Below, one piece after another: positions 14,001 through 26,259 of a stretch of 64,000 bases of DNA (position 1 is its first letter; each line of letters opens with the position of its first letter). The stretch comes from Octopus vulgaris (Eukaryota): the NCBI GenBank assembly GCA_951406725.2, contig OX597818.1, positions 42,842,001 through 42,906,000 on the forward strand, in the 5' to 3' direction. Both the position numbers and the translations under genes were made by a program. The notes under the pieces are model-generated. The model ran no database searches and was not told the origin of the DNA. It saw nothing but the letters and a program-made list of their open reading frames with translations.

Positions 14001-16724
14001 TTCATACTCTATGGATAAGAAATGGAAGGAATCAATAGCATTATATGAAAAAGTACTTCACTACATTGCTCTTGCTTTAGATGGTTATAATGGACTGCAA
14101 AGCTCTGGAATATTCTTAAATATAAAAGTAAGTCAAACAACAGTTTATTTTCTACTATAATGTTGTTTAGTGTCAATTTCAGATCTCTATTTACTTGGTG
14201 TTGATTTTTTTTCTTTAGCCGTTTGTAACCACATTTTCCCAAGTTATTAAGTCTCTTAGGTATAGATACTATTTCTTCTGGTGATCCAAGTACATGGTTT
14301 TGTACACACTTGGTTAGAATGTACTATCTCTATAGCATGACTAACTCTACATTTTAGATGTAACAACTGATTAACCCTTTTAGCATCTAAGCCAGCCATA
14401 TCCAGTCAAAAATCTTCTACCTATTTTATATTCAAACTCACCAAATACCACCTGTCACACCTATCCTACAATGTTATTCTAAAAATAAAACAATTACATC
14501 GTCAAAATCCTGACACTATGCAGATAATGCATGATTAATTCAAAACAATGTAAGTAATACATTTGACAGAGTAATCTGAATGCTAAAGGGTTAACTTGTC
14601 TTGTTTCATCTATTCCTCTTTGATTCACATCTTTTACATTAGGTTTTAAGTTTCTGCAATCCATTTTATATCACATTTTAGTGTTACATAAATTTTGTCG
14701 TCATCTGATCGAGTACGTAACACTTCTGGTCAAAAACCATTTCCTGGAACTCCAGACCACTTCCAAATAGTATTTCGTTTTAATCATTTATTTGTTTCGT
14801 TTTAGACATATAATTTTGAAAATGCTCTCTGTGCAGTGAAGTAAACAGATATGATGTTCATTATCTAAAAATCGACATTGGCAGCACATCATTTATAATG
14901 ATTAGATTTAAAAAGAGAAACATCTAAACTATGTTTTTCCATTTGTTAGTCTTGTAGTCACTCCTTAGCAATGAAACTTCATTCCAGATCATGTATAATT
15001 TTTACAGTTTTGAAATCTTCATTTCATGGTTTTAAAAATTTGTAAATTTTCAATATTACTTCATTAGAATGAAAAAATGAACATTGAAGAGTTGGAAAAA
15101 GAAGCATCTTGTATGAGGGATTCTTGCCATGCTTCAAGTATCCTTGGGAATACTGGAATTACTGAACCAGTGAAAGCTGTCTCTAATAAGAAGGTAAAAA
15201 CAGCCATTAGATTTTTCTATATTTTCTCCCTCATTACTCAGTATAAATCTTTAAAACTTTCAGTTTCTGTATACTTATCACACTATTGTTTTCTGAATGA
15301 TTCTAATTTTTACATAAACTCTAAATTAACGTCATTTTATAATACACACTGAAAGCTTTAATGGATGTATATAGATCACACTTTTACAGATTTTATGTTT
15401 GCTTATAATGTTTAGATCTTGGCTCATGGCCACACCATGCCTATTTGTTAATGTTATTTTACTTATTTGCTATACTGCAACTCTTTTCAATATTTTCTGA
15501 AGCCTTTTATGTTGGCTTCTTGTTAATTTCTTTATCTAAACTGATAGTATCACTCTAAATAAAATGGAAAATTCTCCCTATGTCACGGATTCCATCTGTT
15601 AGAGTCTACAAAGCATCTATTGTAGTAACTGCAAGCGACCTACTCAAGTTTCTGCCTAATAGCACCTTTTATATGCTATTCACTAGCTCTCTTTTTTAAC
15701 AGCAGAAACATTAATGTCAAACTGTAATTTATATTATATTCTTTACTCTCCTTTATATGTTAGGTATTAGAAATGTTAAATATCTCCCCACATCCTTATA
15801 CAAAAAAATGGATGAATAGCTGTCCAGACAACTATATTACTCCTAGGAAATGTTTTCAAGTCCTTGGGGCCTCTAAGTTGTAGTTTCTGCATTCAGGTTT
15901 CTTGGACTGAATCAGATGAATGGTAAATCTATCCTTTGATCTCAAGTAACATTTTTCAGGGATCAAGTTACTATTTTCTGAAATTGCAAGGACTGACACA
16001 AACAAGTGTAATTAAGGATATCCAATGCACAGCAAAACATTTTTTGTCAATTTAAATGCAACAACTTTTATAAGATATCATATCTACTAAGTAACTTTAC
16101 TTCTCCTCTTTCACTTTTGTCCTGGTTTCTAAGCAAGATATTAATATTTGGCTTGTATTACTAAAGTACATGCCACACTCTATATTTGAGAAAATATATT
16201 CTGTAGATAAAATGTATATATTCTTTATTACATAACTAATTAAAACAAACCCCATACCTACTGCTTTGACAGGCATGATAAATATATATTTTTTACCCAT
16301 CAAACCACTTCACCTCAGAAATACAATTAGCAAAACCTTGTTAAATTACCCATAATTATAGGTGAAATATCACTTCAGTGCAAATATTCAGTACTATATA
16401 ATACATTGCATGTATTTGCTACAATTTTATTTAAATTATAAACAAAAGTTTCTAGTTTATTTTTGTAATTTTATGCTCTCTATTTATTTACAGCTTCTTA
16501 TGGAGAGACTTGAGCAGTATTTTGAAGATCCATCACTAGTTAGTAAACATCCTAAACTTGTAACCTTCCCCCCAGAATTTGAGCCCATTCCTTGTAGACC
16601 TCTTTTCTTTGACCTGGCTCTCAATCATATTTCATTTCCGTCCTTGGATGGTAAGATTGAACAAAAGACTGGTGGTATTCGTGAATTGATGAAAGGTTGG
16701 TTGTGGGGTGGAAGCAAAAAGTAA
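2060..16724 (+). CDS. SRP68: Signal recognition particle subunit SRP68 (multi-exon, 5'-partial)
   Basis: Ten AG/GT-bounded exons splice in frame: 2060-2126, 3980-4093, 5540-5735, 7317-7586, 8173-8412, 11202-11423, 12677-12771, 13983-14127, 15068-15193, 16494-16724. Hallmark peptides: QQQHGLRHGDYQRYR, AERAWGYFMQLK, PNIRYC, KPQDLVRLYDIIIQ, FPPEFEPIPCRPLFFDLALNHI. First exon not found in the window. Confidence 0.97.
2355..3028 (+). mobile_element. SINE family A with a nested RTE-3'-end repeat (2639-2932, - strand)
   Basis: SINE head and tail are split by the (CAT)n-tailed repeat; TSD-like gatagaataagta / gataaataagta. Confidence 0.75.
3459..3800 (-). mobile_element. (GAT)n-tailed RTE-3'-end repeat with three internal ~62-bp tandem units
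   Basis: catcatc...tttaacgtccgctttccatgctagcatggg; ctacagctggatgcccttcctaacgccaacc; unit ttttatgtgccaccgacacaggtgccagacgagg... x3. Confidence 0.8.
3980..4093 (+). CDS. SRP68: SRP68 exon (SYCSRRLRRIRKSLHFPQG...)
   Basis: tttacag| acceptor, |gtaaat donor, 114 nt, phase consistent. Confidence 0.95.
4324..4562 (-). mobile_element. (GAT)n-tailed RTE-3'-end repeat
   Basis: Same family as 3459-3800. Confidence 0.75.
4675..4885 (+). mobile_element. tRNA-derived SINE family B (Meta-domain-like)
   Basis: B-box GAGTTCAAAT; core gcctttcatcctttYggggtcgataaat. Confidence 0.8.
5094..5470 (+). mobile_element. tRNA-derived SINE family A, full length
   Basis: A-box TGGCTGTGTGG, B-box GGTTCAGTCCC, CORE-like cttgggcaagt, internal (TA)n(TG)n, agagta tail. 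Confidence 0.85.
5540..5735 (+). CDS. SRP68: SRP68 exon (YLHLPLFAAERAWGYFMQLK...LEAQ)
   Basis: tttccag| acceptor, |gtgtgt donor, 196 nt. Confidence 0.95.
5915..6115 (+). mobile_element. (GAT)n-tailed RTE-3'-end repeat
   Basis: ggttggcgttaggaagggcatccagctgtagaaa ... cgttaaatgatgatgatg. Confidence 0.8.
6445..6516 (+). pseudogene. Initiator tRNA-Met pseudogene
   Basis: Collinear with eukaryotic tRNA-iMet (cagagtgg...gaag...tgg.cccataacccaga.gtc...gatc.aaac), CAT anticodon retained, many CG>TG/CA changes, B-box damaged. Confidence 0.85.
6866..7196. mobile_element. Probable solo LTR
   Basis: TGTTGTAAAGTG...CACTATACAACA inverted termini (TG..CA) with exact 5-bp TSD ATATT. Confidence 0.7.
7317..7586 (+). 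CDS. SRP68: SRP68 exon (GYQAWMKG...AHLD)
   Basis: poly-T tag| acceptor, |gttagt donor, 270 nt. Confidence 0.93.
8173..8412 (+). CDS. SRP68: SRP68 exon (QLLSQTREKQAATL...QDDQ)
   Basis: tttcag| acceptor, |gtaatt donor, 240 nt. Confidence 0.93.
8748..8962 (+). mobile_element. SINE family B
   Basis: Same head and Meta-like core as 4675-4885. Confidence 0.85.
10371..11040 (+). mobile_element. CR1-clade LINE, 5'-truncated, (ATT)n tail
   Basis: ORF2 C-terminus LYTAMVRPHLEFASSVWNP...LESVQR.ATKRI...FFTLRVAEAWNKLP; (ATT)n tail. Confidence 0.92.
11202..11423 (+). CDS. SRP68: SRP68 exon (NFKAALRG...DIIIQ)
   Basis: CTAAC branch at 11178, tag| acceptor, |gttggt donor, 222 nt. Confidence 0.93.
12276..12367 (+). 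repeat. 92-bp segment identical to 13681-13772
   Basis: tcaaaaacctagtacc...ttagaggaagga read identical in both places. Confidence 0.9.
12677..12771 (+). CDS. SRP68: SRP68 exon (NLNEIFNLAGIEDD...FKSF)
   Basis: cttag| acceptor, |gtaagt donor, 95 nt. Confidence 0.92.
13983..14127 (+). CDS. SRP68: SRP68 exon (TFYIALSYSMDKKWKESIALYEK...)
   Basis: tttcag| acceptor, |gtaagt donor, 145 nt. Confidence 0.92.
14375..14590. mobile_element. piggyBac-type MITE
   Basis: TTAA|CCCTTTTAGCAT...ATGCTAAAGGG|TTAA; relatives at ~43590-43750 and 46538-46746. Confidence 0.85.
15068..15193 (+). CDS. SRP68: SRP68 exon (NEKMNIEELEK...CHASSIL...NKK)
   Basis: cattag| acceptor, |gtaaaa donor, 126 nt. Confidence 0.88.
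16494..16724 (+). CDS. SRP68: SRP68 last coding exon (LLMERLEQY...GWLWGGSKK*)
   Basis: ttacag| acceptor; SRP72-binding C-terminal motif FPPEFEPIPCRPLFFDLA; TAA stop. Confidence 0.95.
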   Translation, partial: LLMERLEQYFEDPSLVSKHPKLVTFPPEFEPIPCRPLFFDLALNHISFPSLDGKIEQKTGGIRELMKGWLWGGSKK

Positions 16725-17266
16725 AGTTACAAATCACACTGATTGGAAACAACATTATTGTTGGTTTGTGAAAACCATTTCTTAGACAACTGAGCAAGTA
16801 CCTGTCTACAGAAAGAAAGAGAAATTTCATCAGGAAAAAAAAAAAAGCCTCACAAGGGAATATCGTCCAGATGGTAATATGTAAGCAGATAGTTGGTCAA
16901 TTCTGGGGTTCATTACCAATTAAAAATTGATGAGAGAAGAAAACACTCATGCAGTTAAATTCATTCTCCCAATATAAATCAAAGTCAAAATTCTGTCAGA
17001 AATGACAAAAAAATGCCATAAAGGAGATACGAAGTTTTTCTTTTGTTAAATATTTACTTCCAAGTCTTTCTGCTTCTTCAAAAGGGTATATAGTTTCAAG
17101 AAACATTTCTCAGATGTAATAAGAATAAGAAAATTCTGGCCAAAGTATAAGAGACATTAATTTTTTTTTTTTTAATCCATTGTCATTTTATAAATTGATA
17201 ACTGGACTGTGAAACAATATAACCTCTGGAATCTTATGATGAATTTTCGTTGTGGAGGATTTTGAA

Positions 17267-17272
17267 AATAAA
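17267..17272 (+). terminator. Probable SRP68 polyadenylation signal
   Basis: AATAAA ~540 nt after the stop, followed by T-rich sequence. Confidence 0.55.
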
Positions 17273-17611
17273 GCACAGTTTTAATTAAAAAGATGCTTGC
17301 GTTTATTTAATATTCATCTATTATATTTTTCTATTTCTACATCAATTTTACTCATTACTGTTATTGTGATTTAATGTTTTAAGATTTGATATATAATTCA
17401 TTAATGTGAATATATATAAAACAAGTTTAGGGAAAATACAGATGAAATGAAGCACTGACATGGCTATGTGATTAAGAAGTTTGCATCACAAACATGATTC
17501 CAGACTATCCCAATGGGTAAATGTATTCTAGTATTGCTTTTCAGTGACCATTGCTTTGTGAGTACAGTTTGGTAGACAGAAACTGGATGGAAGCCTGTAT
17601 ACTATATATGT

Positions 17612-17990
17612 ATACTCTTTACTCTCTTTTACTTGTTTCAGCCATTTGACTGCGGCCATGCTGGAGCACTGCCTTTAATTGAGCAACTCGACCCTCAAGA
17701 CTTATTCTTTGTAAGCCTAGTACTCATTCTATTGGTCTCTTTTGCCGAACCTCTAAGTTACGGGGACATAAACACACCAGCATCGGTTGTCAAGCAATGT
17801 TGGGGGACAAATACACACACATATATATACATATATACGACGGGCTTCTTTCAGTTTCTGTCTACCAAATCCACTCACAAGGCTTTGGTCAGCCTGAAGC
17901 TATAGTAGAAGACAGGTGCCACGTAGTAGGACTGAACCTAGAACCATGTGGTTGGTAAGCAAGCTACTTACCACACAGCCACTTTTGCGT
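17612..17990 (-). mobile_element. SINE family A, full length
   Basis: Reverse complement of 5094-5470. Confidence 0.85.
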
Positions 17991-18197
17991 CTATCTATAT
18001 TATTGAGAAAACTTTTTTAAAAAAACAGTCCAGTGCTTTGTAAATGAAATCCCTTCAGATATTTGTTCTGCATTGAATTACAGGTACTCTGATCATTCCT
18101 GTATCTGAAATGCAGTTGCTTTTTGTATACTTGTAGCCAATTCTATTCTTTACCATTTGTAAAATAAAATTAATAATAAAATAGATATGAGAGAAAA

Positions 18198-20097
18198 TTG
18201 TGATGTCACAGGAGAGAAATGTGCCCGCATGGATTATGGTGCACTTGCTTTTAGTGATTCGGAAAAAGAAAGAGGCTTGGAGAAGCCATTACGAAAGACT
18301 GCTGAACGTGGAGAATGAATGGGAGGAGGAGAGCCTGCCAAATGTTGACCCAGTAGATGGACCAGCTATCCGAATAGACAGTACCCTGGTAGATAATGCA
18401 ATTAAAGGTATAAAACCAGGAAAAGCCCCCGGCCCATCAGGAATCACTGCTGAAATGCTTAAAGCATCTGGTGGTGTGAGCTATGGCCTAGTCACCCATA
18501 TTGTAAACCAGGTAGTTCATGCTGGAGTCATAGTCAATGACTAGCATAGTAGCACCATAGTAAACTGCTACAAGGGTAAAGGTGATGCTTTAGATAGAAA
18601 TAAATACAGGGGTATCAAACTGCTGGATCAGATGATGAAGGTCATGGAGAGGGACATAGCCCAACTAATTAGGGAGAAAGTTTGCTTAGATGAGATGCAG
18701 TTCGGTTTTGTGCCAGGTAGAAGCACCACTGATGCTATATTCCTGGTACAGCAACTGCAGGAGAAATACCTACCCAAAGATAAACCCCTATACTTGGCTT
18801 TTGTGGACTTGGAGAAAGCCTTTGACAGGATCCCCTGATCCCTTATCTGGTAGGCAATGCAGAAACTGGGGATGGATGAATGGTTAATAAGGGCTGTACA
18901 GGCCCTATACAGAGATGCTGTTAGTAAGGTTAGGGTTGGCAATGAGTATAGTGAAGAATTTCAGGTAGAAGTAGGGGTCCACCAAGGATCAGCCCTCAGA
19001 CCCCTTTTATTCATAGTCCTCCAACAATAAGAGTAATTCAAGACAGGTTGCTCCTCTATGCTGATGATATGGCCCTCATAGCAGAACTAGAGAAGAAATT
19101 TCAGCAAGGTTTAGAATCAAAGGGCCTTAGAGTCAATGTTGCAAAGACCAAAGTTCTAGTAAATAGGAAGGCGAACACATCACACAACCTTTCAGGTAGG
19201 TGGCCCTGCTCGATCTGTAGAAAAGGTGTAGGTAGAAACTCCATAAGATGTACCCAGTGTAGGCTATGGACACGAAGTGCAGCAACATCAAAGGAAGATT
19301 AACCGAGAAAATAGCTTTTGTGTGCACGGCAGATGCATAGGGGCAATAAACACCACAGATGCTCAGAAAACAGATTCCATCACGTACCAGGGAGAGAAAC
19401 TAGAAGTGGTTGATAGCTTCCGCTATCTAGGTGACCAAGTCTGTCATGGGAGTGAATACTCAGAGAGTGTTACCACTAGAATAAGAATAGCCTGAGCAAA
19501 GTTCAGAAAGCTTTCTACCCCTACTGGTGACAAAGGGCCTCAGATTGTATGATGAATATGTGTGAACTGCCATGCTTCACAGCAGTGAAACATGGGCTGT
19601 GACTGCTGAAGAGGTGTAGGCTTGAAAGAAATTAAGCTAGCATGATCCGCTGGTTGTGTAATGTAAATGTGCACACACAACAGTGTAAGTGCCCTGAGAG
19701 AAATGTTGGACATAAGAAGCATTGGATGAGGCATTTGCATTGGTATGGTCATGTACTATAGATGGATGAGGAGAGCTGTATATGAAGAAGTGCCACTCCC
19801 AAACAGTTGAAGGAATCTGGGGTAGAGGGAGACCCAGGAAGACATGGGATGAGGTAGTGAAGCATGACCTTCAAACGTTAGGCCTCATAGAGGCAATGAC
19901 GAAAGATCGAGACCTCTGGAGATATGCTGTGGCTGAGAAGACCCGGCAAATAAAATGAGTTCACAGCTGTAACCTACACCAGTGTCACATAACCAGCCCA
20001 CTCAAAAGTACCTTGGATCGTAGGGCAACATGCTGTGCTTGAGGAGACCTGTTGAGTTAAGTGCATCAAAATCAAAATCAAATGGAAATTGTAGTTG
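18198..20097 (+). mobile_element. RTE-clade LINE remnant (RT, C-terminus, 3'UTR)
   Basis: GKAPGPSGITAEMLK, QFGFVPGRSTTDAIF, AFVDLEKAFDR, GVHQGS, LLYADD, GL.VN..KTK; stops and frameshifts. Confidence 0.92.
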
Positions 20098-21200
20098 TGG
20101 CCATCTACCTGAAGGAGTTTGTGATTTTTCAGCCTTCCTACTTACTAAGACTTTGGTTTTTGCTAGGTTAACCCTAAGGCCCTTCAATTCTAGACCTTGC
20201 TTCCACACCCTAAACTTCATCTCTAGTTCTGGAGGTAACTCGGGTATTAGAGCAAGGTCATCAGCTTAGAGGAGCCTGTCTTGAATTTCTCTGTTATTGC
20301 CTGGAGGACTATAATGAATAAGAGGGGGCTGAGGACTGATCCTTGGTGCACCCCTACTTTTGCCTGGAATTCTACACTATACTCATTGCCAACTTTCACC
20401 TTACTGACAGCATCCATGTACAGAGCTTGTACAGCTCTTACCAACCACTCGTCTATTCCCAGTTTCTGCATTGACCACCAGATAAGGGATCAGGGTACCC
20501 TATCAAAGGTTTTATCCACGTCAACAAAAGCCAAGTATAGGGGTTTATCTTTGGCTTGATCATACCACCCAATATTTTAAGCATCTTAACAGTGATTCCT
20601 GATGGACTATGTGCTTTCCCTGTCTTCATATCCTTAATTGCTTTAACTACCAGGGTACTGTCGATTCGGATAGCTGGTCACTCAATTAGGTCAACCTTCA
20701 ACAGACCTCCCATTCATTCTCCACATTTGGCAGTCTTTCATAATGGTATCTCCAAGCCTCTTTCTTAGCAGAATCATTAAACGCAAGGGCACCATCATTC
20801 TTGCGGACACATTTCTCTCCTATGACATCATGGTTTTCTCTCATGCACTGTCTTACAATCTGAAATACTTCAGTTCTTTGGTCCTCATGTCACTGAACAT
20901 TGGCAAACTTCTTTTCTGCTACTGCCTTGGCTATATATATCTGTCTCCTAGCTTCCTCTGATACAGTCTCCTGCTATCCCCAATCTTCCAGACCTGTTTC
21001 TTTGCTCTAATGGGCCTGTCTACAATATTGTTCCACCACCATGTTACCCTGGGTCTGGAAGAGACTTTGCACCAGCCACAGATTTGGTCTGCAGCACTCA
21101 GCAAGCTGTCTCACAGAAATTCCCTGCTGCCCTCTATGTCACGGGACTAGCTCCTCTTCCCTATCATCAAATTTCTCGGTCAAGATATCCCTAAATCTCT
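20098..21200 (-). mobile_element. Second RTE remnant, inverted
   Basis: ORFs 20247-20471 and 20002-20220 (-) match the same RT region (GVHQGSVLSPLLF, GLRVNLAKTKV). Confidence 0.9.
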
Positions 21201-22083
21201 ACGACAGGCTTCTTTCAGTTTCCATCTACCAAATCCACTCACAAGGTTTTGGTCGGTCTATGGCTATAGAAGACACTTGCCCAAGGTACTACGCAGTGAG
21301 ACTGAACCTGGAACTATGTGGTTGGTAAACAAGCTACTTACCACACAGCCACACCTGTAATATGTAATATGTCTGTGGACTGACTGCTTTCCAACCATGG
21401 TAACATCCATTTTGAATCGCATAACCCTTCCATTACTATATTTCTAACTAAAATACACCCCTTATGAATTTCAATTAAATTCTAAAATAATCATGAACTA
21501 GCACTATAGTGCTAGTGCATGCATATACAGCTGCGTGCGTGCGCACATACACGCGAGTACTGTCCAAATCTCTGACCAATCACATACAGCTAGCTGGCAT
21601 TCAATTGGCGTATCAAGTTTCGGGCATTTTGAATGGATTTTGGATAGAAAATTCACAAAAGAGTCACTTCTGTTGATTTTTTAATGGCTTTGTGGGGTGA
21701 CTGGGGAAATGTAAAGATGTGCACGACCACCCTTGGACGGTTTTGAATGACCATAGAAAGTGCGAGCCCTCTAACTGAAAAATTGTGGATTTGTATAAAG
21801 GATACACACGCAGACATTTTGCCCTTTATATATAGAGAGATTTAGACTGGTTTCATTAAACAACTATAACTTTTTTATTCATTGACATATAGGTGCAGGG
21901 GTGGCATTCATCCCATTAATGTCTCTGTCTAGCCCTCAAGCTTCTCTCTGTGTACTGCCATCCACATGATTCCAGGTTCAGTCCCACTGCATGGTACCTT
22001 GGACCAGCGTTTTCTACTATAGCTTTAAGCTGACCAAAGCCTTCTGAGTGGATTTAGTAGATGGAAACTAAAATGAGCCTGAC

Positions 22084-22129
<46 letters not shown>

Positions 22130-23239
22130 TTGTGTGTCTGCATTTGTTCCCCCAGCCCCGCTTGACAACTGATGTTTTTCAAATTTTTTTCCATGGTACC
22201 CTTGGAAATGATCTGGAGCACCTTTTTAACAAAAAAATTTTTTTCCACACATGGCTTTTTTTAACAACACTGCCTTCTCCATCTTTCCCTCTCCAAACTG
22301 ATTTTGGTCGATTGTGTGGGCACTATGCTGGTGATTTTGGTGGGGGACTACGGACTTAAAACTTTAGAAGCCTTTTCGGTAAAAAAAAAAAAAAAAATTC
22401 AAATGAAAAGGTGTGTGCCTAAAGGGAGATTTGGCTATTGTTTCTGGCATATCCCATGACTACTTCTTCGTTTCTTTCTCACTCTGACAAGTAGTATTCA
22501 TGTTTTTCAAGATTTTCTCCACATTAATAAGCATAAACTCATTTATGCTTATGAACCCTAAAACATTACCGGTCATGGGATATGCTAGAAACAACAGCCA
22601 AATCTCCCTTAAAACATACACACCTTATCGTCTAAACATATTTACTTTTTTTTACAAGAAAGTTTTTAAGTGCGTATACTAAGTACTCCAAAAAATCATC
22701 ATGCCAACAAATTCAACCAAAATTGGTCGGGAGAGAGGAAGATGGGGCGGGTCAAAGATGCTCCAGGTCATTCCAAGAGCAGCACTGTGGAAAAAAATCT
22801 TAAAAATTCCCGTCAAAAACGGACAAATTCTTCTGCTACAAAGTGAAATCACGTGTTTTCACGAATGTACTAACGAGATTTGTGATGAAAATCACGGCCG
22901 GCTACGGCCGGGTTGGTAACGAAAGGGAAAGACATTATGACAGTGGATTTGATGTCGCTTACATTTCGAAGCACAAGAAAAATTTCAGCAAAGGGAGAAG
23001 ATAAAGATGGTAGTGGGAGTAGGAGTTGTTAGCGTAATCAAAACTTTGTGAGGTGGTAGGAGGTATAAAACGAGATGTCGTGGTGAAGAGTTAAATTAAT
23101 AAGCAGGGGAAGAAAAGAGGGATAGGGTTACTTTTATTTAAATAAACTTTTGTTTGTGTATTAAGTTTTTGACTTTTTATCTGGGTAGGTTTGTATTGTA
23201 GAGTTTTTGATCACGTTCATCTGAATGTGGATGTATTTT

Positions 23240-24070
23240 TGTTTTGGTCAACATATATATATTTATTCTGTTGTGTCTGGGGAGGGTCCTTTTCTTTTTT
23301 TGTGCCTTATAATTTAACACACTCACCGGTAAAATTTCCACTTATTTCTTATTTTTATTTTCCTTATTGAAAAGGTTGCAAGACTCAACGAAAATTTGAG
23401 GAAAATAAAAATAAGTGGAAATTTTACCGGTTAGTGTGTTAAATTATAAGACACAAAAAGAAAATGACTCTCCCCAAATATGCTTCAACACACGAACTCA
23501 CATAAAGAATCTTACAAACCAAATCCGGATCTTTTCGGTTTGACCGGCAGTTTTTAAAAATAATTTCCACGTAACTAAACACTTTTAAACTTCGTATACT
23601 GGTAGAATGTGATTATAAAATATCTTTTTCTCTTGGCTTTATTGAGAAAATTCTATTATTTGTAAGATATTTGTTGTTTTTTTTTCTGCAATTTCAACCA
23701 ATCAATGACGACTATTGAGGTGAAAACATTCTGTGCCGTATGAATATGTCCCTCGTTTAAGAAACAGATTGGGTTTATTTACATTTCTGAAGAAAAAAAG
23801 ATACCCTTCCCCCCACCCCTAACCCTAACTCTAAAACAGATTTAAATGCAATAGATCGATACTAGGGTCATAATTATGGGTGACAATTTCATATGACACC
23901 GCTAGAAAAAACTGCCGTTCAAACCGAAAAGATCCAAAATAAGAAATAAGTGGAAATTTTACCTGTGTGTGTGTTAAGGCACAAAAAGAAAATGACTCTC
24001 CCCAGACACAACAGAATATGCTTCAACACACGAACTCACATAAAGAATCTTGCAAGCCAAATCCAAAAAC
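23240..24070. repeat. Cluster of a Penelope-associated terminal repeat (inverted and direct copies)
   Basis: Unit ...aataagtggaaattttaccgg.gagtgtgttaaa...gaaaatgactctccccagacacaac; same family flanks the GIY-YIG fragment at 45154-45525. Confidence 0.6.
23527..23935. mobile_element. Young MITE with GGATCTTTTCGGTTTGA TIRs
   Basis: ~29-bp TIRs, internal cctaaccctaac; near-identical inverted copy at 32220-32625. Confidence 0.88.
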
Positions 24071-24125
24071 GAAATATATATTTATTATTTTTCATTGATA
24101 TTTATGTATGTATATGTAAGTATTA

Positions 24126-25385
24126 CAGGATGTTCCGAAATTAAGGCAACCGAAGTTTCAAGCTTTCATAACTATCAATAAATGTGATAAGATATGAAAA
24201 TTATACATCATTATAAAAGCTTAGTGTGTCTTCTTTTTGTTTCAGACTAAATAAATTCAGATTTATAAATTCAATAATGACTATAGACCGAAATACAATC
24301 ATAGCCTTCCATAAAGGAGGCAAAAGTAATACAGCTATAGCAAAAAAGCTTAAAATTAAACGAACAACAGTATAGAAAATTGTCAAGAAATTTCAAGAGA
24401 CTGATTCCACTGTTGATCGACCTGGATGTAGCCAAAAAGAAGTGTGCAGACCCCTCAGCTTATCAAAAATATCAGAGAAAAGATACAGCGAAATTCTCAT
24501 CGTTCTGTCAGAAAACTGGCTGTCGCAGAAAAGTAGGCCGAACATCTATATATCAAGTGCTGAGAGAGGATCTCAGGACCCACCCCTGCAAGATGATCCT
24601 CCATCATGAGCTCACACAAGTTTATATGGTCATTAGACTTGAGAGAAGCCATCTTATCCCTTGTCAGATTGCTGCCCAACCTGATGTTCACTGATGAAAA
24701 GAAATTTGACATCGAACAGACAGTAAACCACCAGAATGACTGATTTTGGAATGTATCTGACTCCAGTGAGGGTAGACTCATAAATCAACATCAAAATCCA
24801 CAGTCAGTTATGGTTTGGGCAGCTGTAACAGCCACTGGAAGGTCTCCCTTCATTTTTGTGCTCTTGGGTGTTAAAATTAACACCCAGTGATACATTCTGG
24901 AAGCTGAACTGCTTCCATGGGCGAATGAATACTTTCAAGGCACACCTTGGAGCGTCCAGCAGGACTTAGCACCTTCCCACAGCTTCAACACAACACTGGT
25001 TTCAGAAAAACATTCCATCATTCATAGAAGCCCTGATCTCAAACCACTGGTTTCAGAAAAAACATTCCATTGTTCATAGAAGCCCTAATCTCAAACCATT
25101 GGATTTTTCTGTATGCTCCATTTTGAAGACGAGGGTCTCAAGCACTCTTCATGCTTTGCTCAATGCTCTGAAGACAAAATTGCACCAGGATCACTGTATG
25201 CTGTGTGTGAAACATTTGCACCTAGATTTAAGGCTGTGATTCAAAACAGAGGTGGTCATATTGAATAAATGTGGTAGTGTCATAATTGTATTTCCTTTAC
25301 CATTGCATTGCAACACTCGGATCCAAAATATAACAATATTGACCACATTGAAACAAGTTGGTTGCCTTAATTTTGGGACACCCTG
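24126..25385 (+). mobile_element. Tc1/mariner superfamily element, maT (DD37D)-like, decayed
   Basis: TA|CAGGATGTTCCGAAATTAAGGCAACC...GGTTGCCTTAATTTTGGGACACCCTG|TA; remnants FTDEKKF, VMVWAAV, QQD.APSH, P.L.PLDF (third catalytic residue D). Confidence 0.88.
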
Positions 25386-26259
25386 TATATATATGAGTGT
25401 GATTATATACATATGTATGTGTACATGTGTTTGTATGTCTAGGTAATACTATAAACAGGAGGTCAGTTAAGTCTTAGTTTATGTCTGGGTAAAGTCAAAT
25501 AAGTATCTAGAAAGCAAAAGAAGCAGAGAAAAGGTGAAGAAATGAAATAGAAAAAAAACATGAAAATGTGAGCCACAAAATGAATAAAATAGAGAGAATA
25601 AGAGAAAAGAGGGGGAGAGATTGAAAGGAAGAAAGACTATAGTTGCTTTAATGAGTACCAGAAAAGATATAGAAACAGATTTAAAGCATACGACAAATAA
25701 TTAATTTGACCAACCAAAACTAGAAGCAGTAGTAGTAAGTCCCCTGGATATTACTGTCATGAGTCCTAAGAATCATGGGGTCACTTACCTGGTTTCTATG
25801 GTGTATAACTGATTGAGATTACAACATTCCCCCTGTACAGGACACCAGTCCAGAACAGTGTTAGTCATTTACAGCTGGGTGGGGTGGAGCAGCAGGAAAT
25901 AAAGTGTTTTGCTGAAAAATGCAATGCAGTACTTAGTCCAGGAATTGAAACCATGATCTTGTAGTCATGAGGGCAACACCCTAGCCACAAGGATATGAGC
26001 CTTCACATAATCAGAAATAGAAACTATGTTAGATTCTTAAAATCTGGTTAAAAGAAGGTATTTAAAGTTCTGTTATGGTAACAGATAGGTGATATTACCA
26101 CTTATTTCTGGTCTGTAAACAGACTATATGTGCCATTATTCTGAGGTATGTTGTGAGTTCTAGAATCCATAAAGCCAGAGTTTAACCTGGTTTCCATAGA
26201 TTACATAAGTGACCAAATATTTGCTCTGTGACAGGTCTTTGAGAAATCATAGGAATATT

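Noticed and set aside
23365-23402. Hammerhead in the Penelope-associated repeat (also ~46128-46165)
   Set aside because: Stem II and GAAA are present, but the core reads TTGAAAA instead of CTGANGA and stems I/III are unconvincing.
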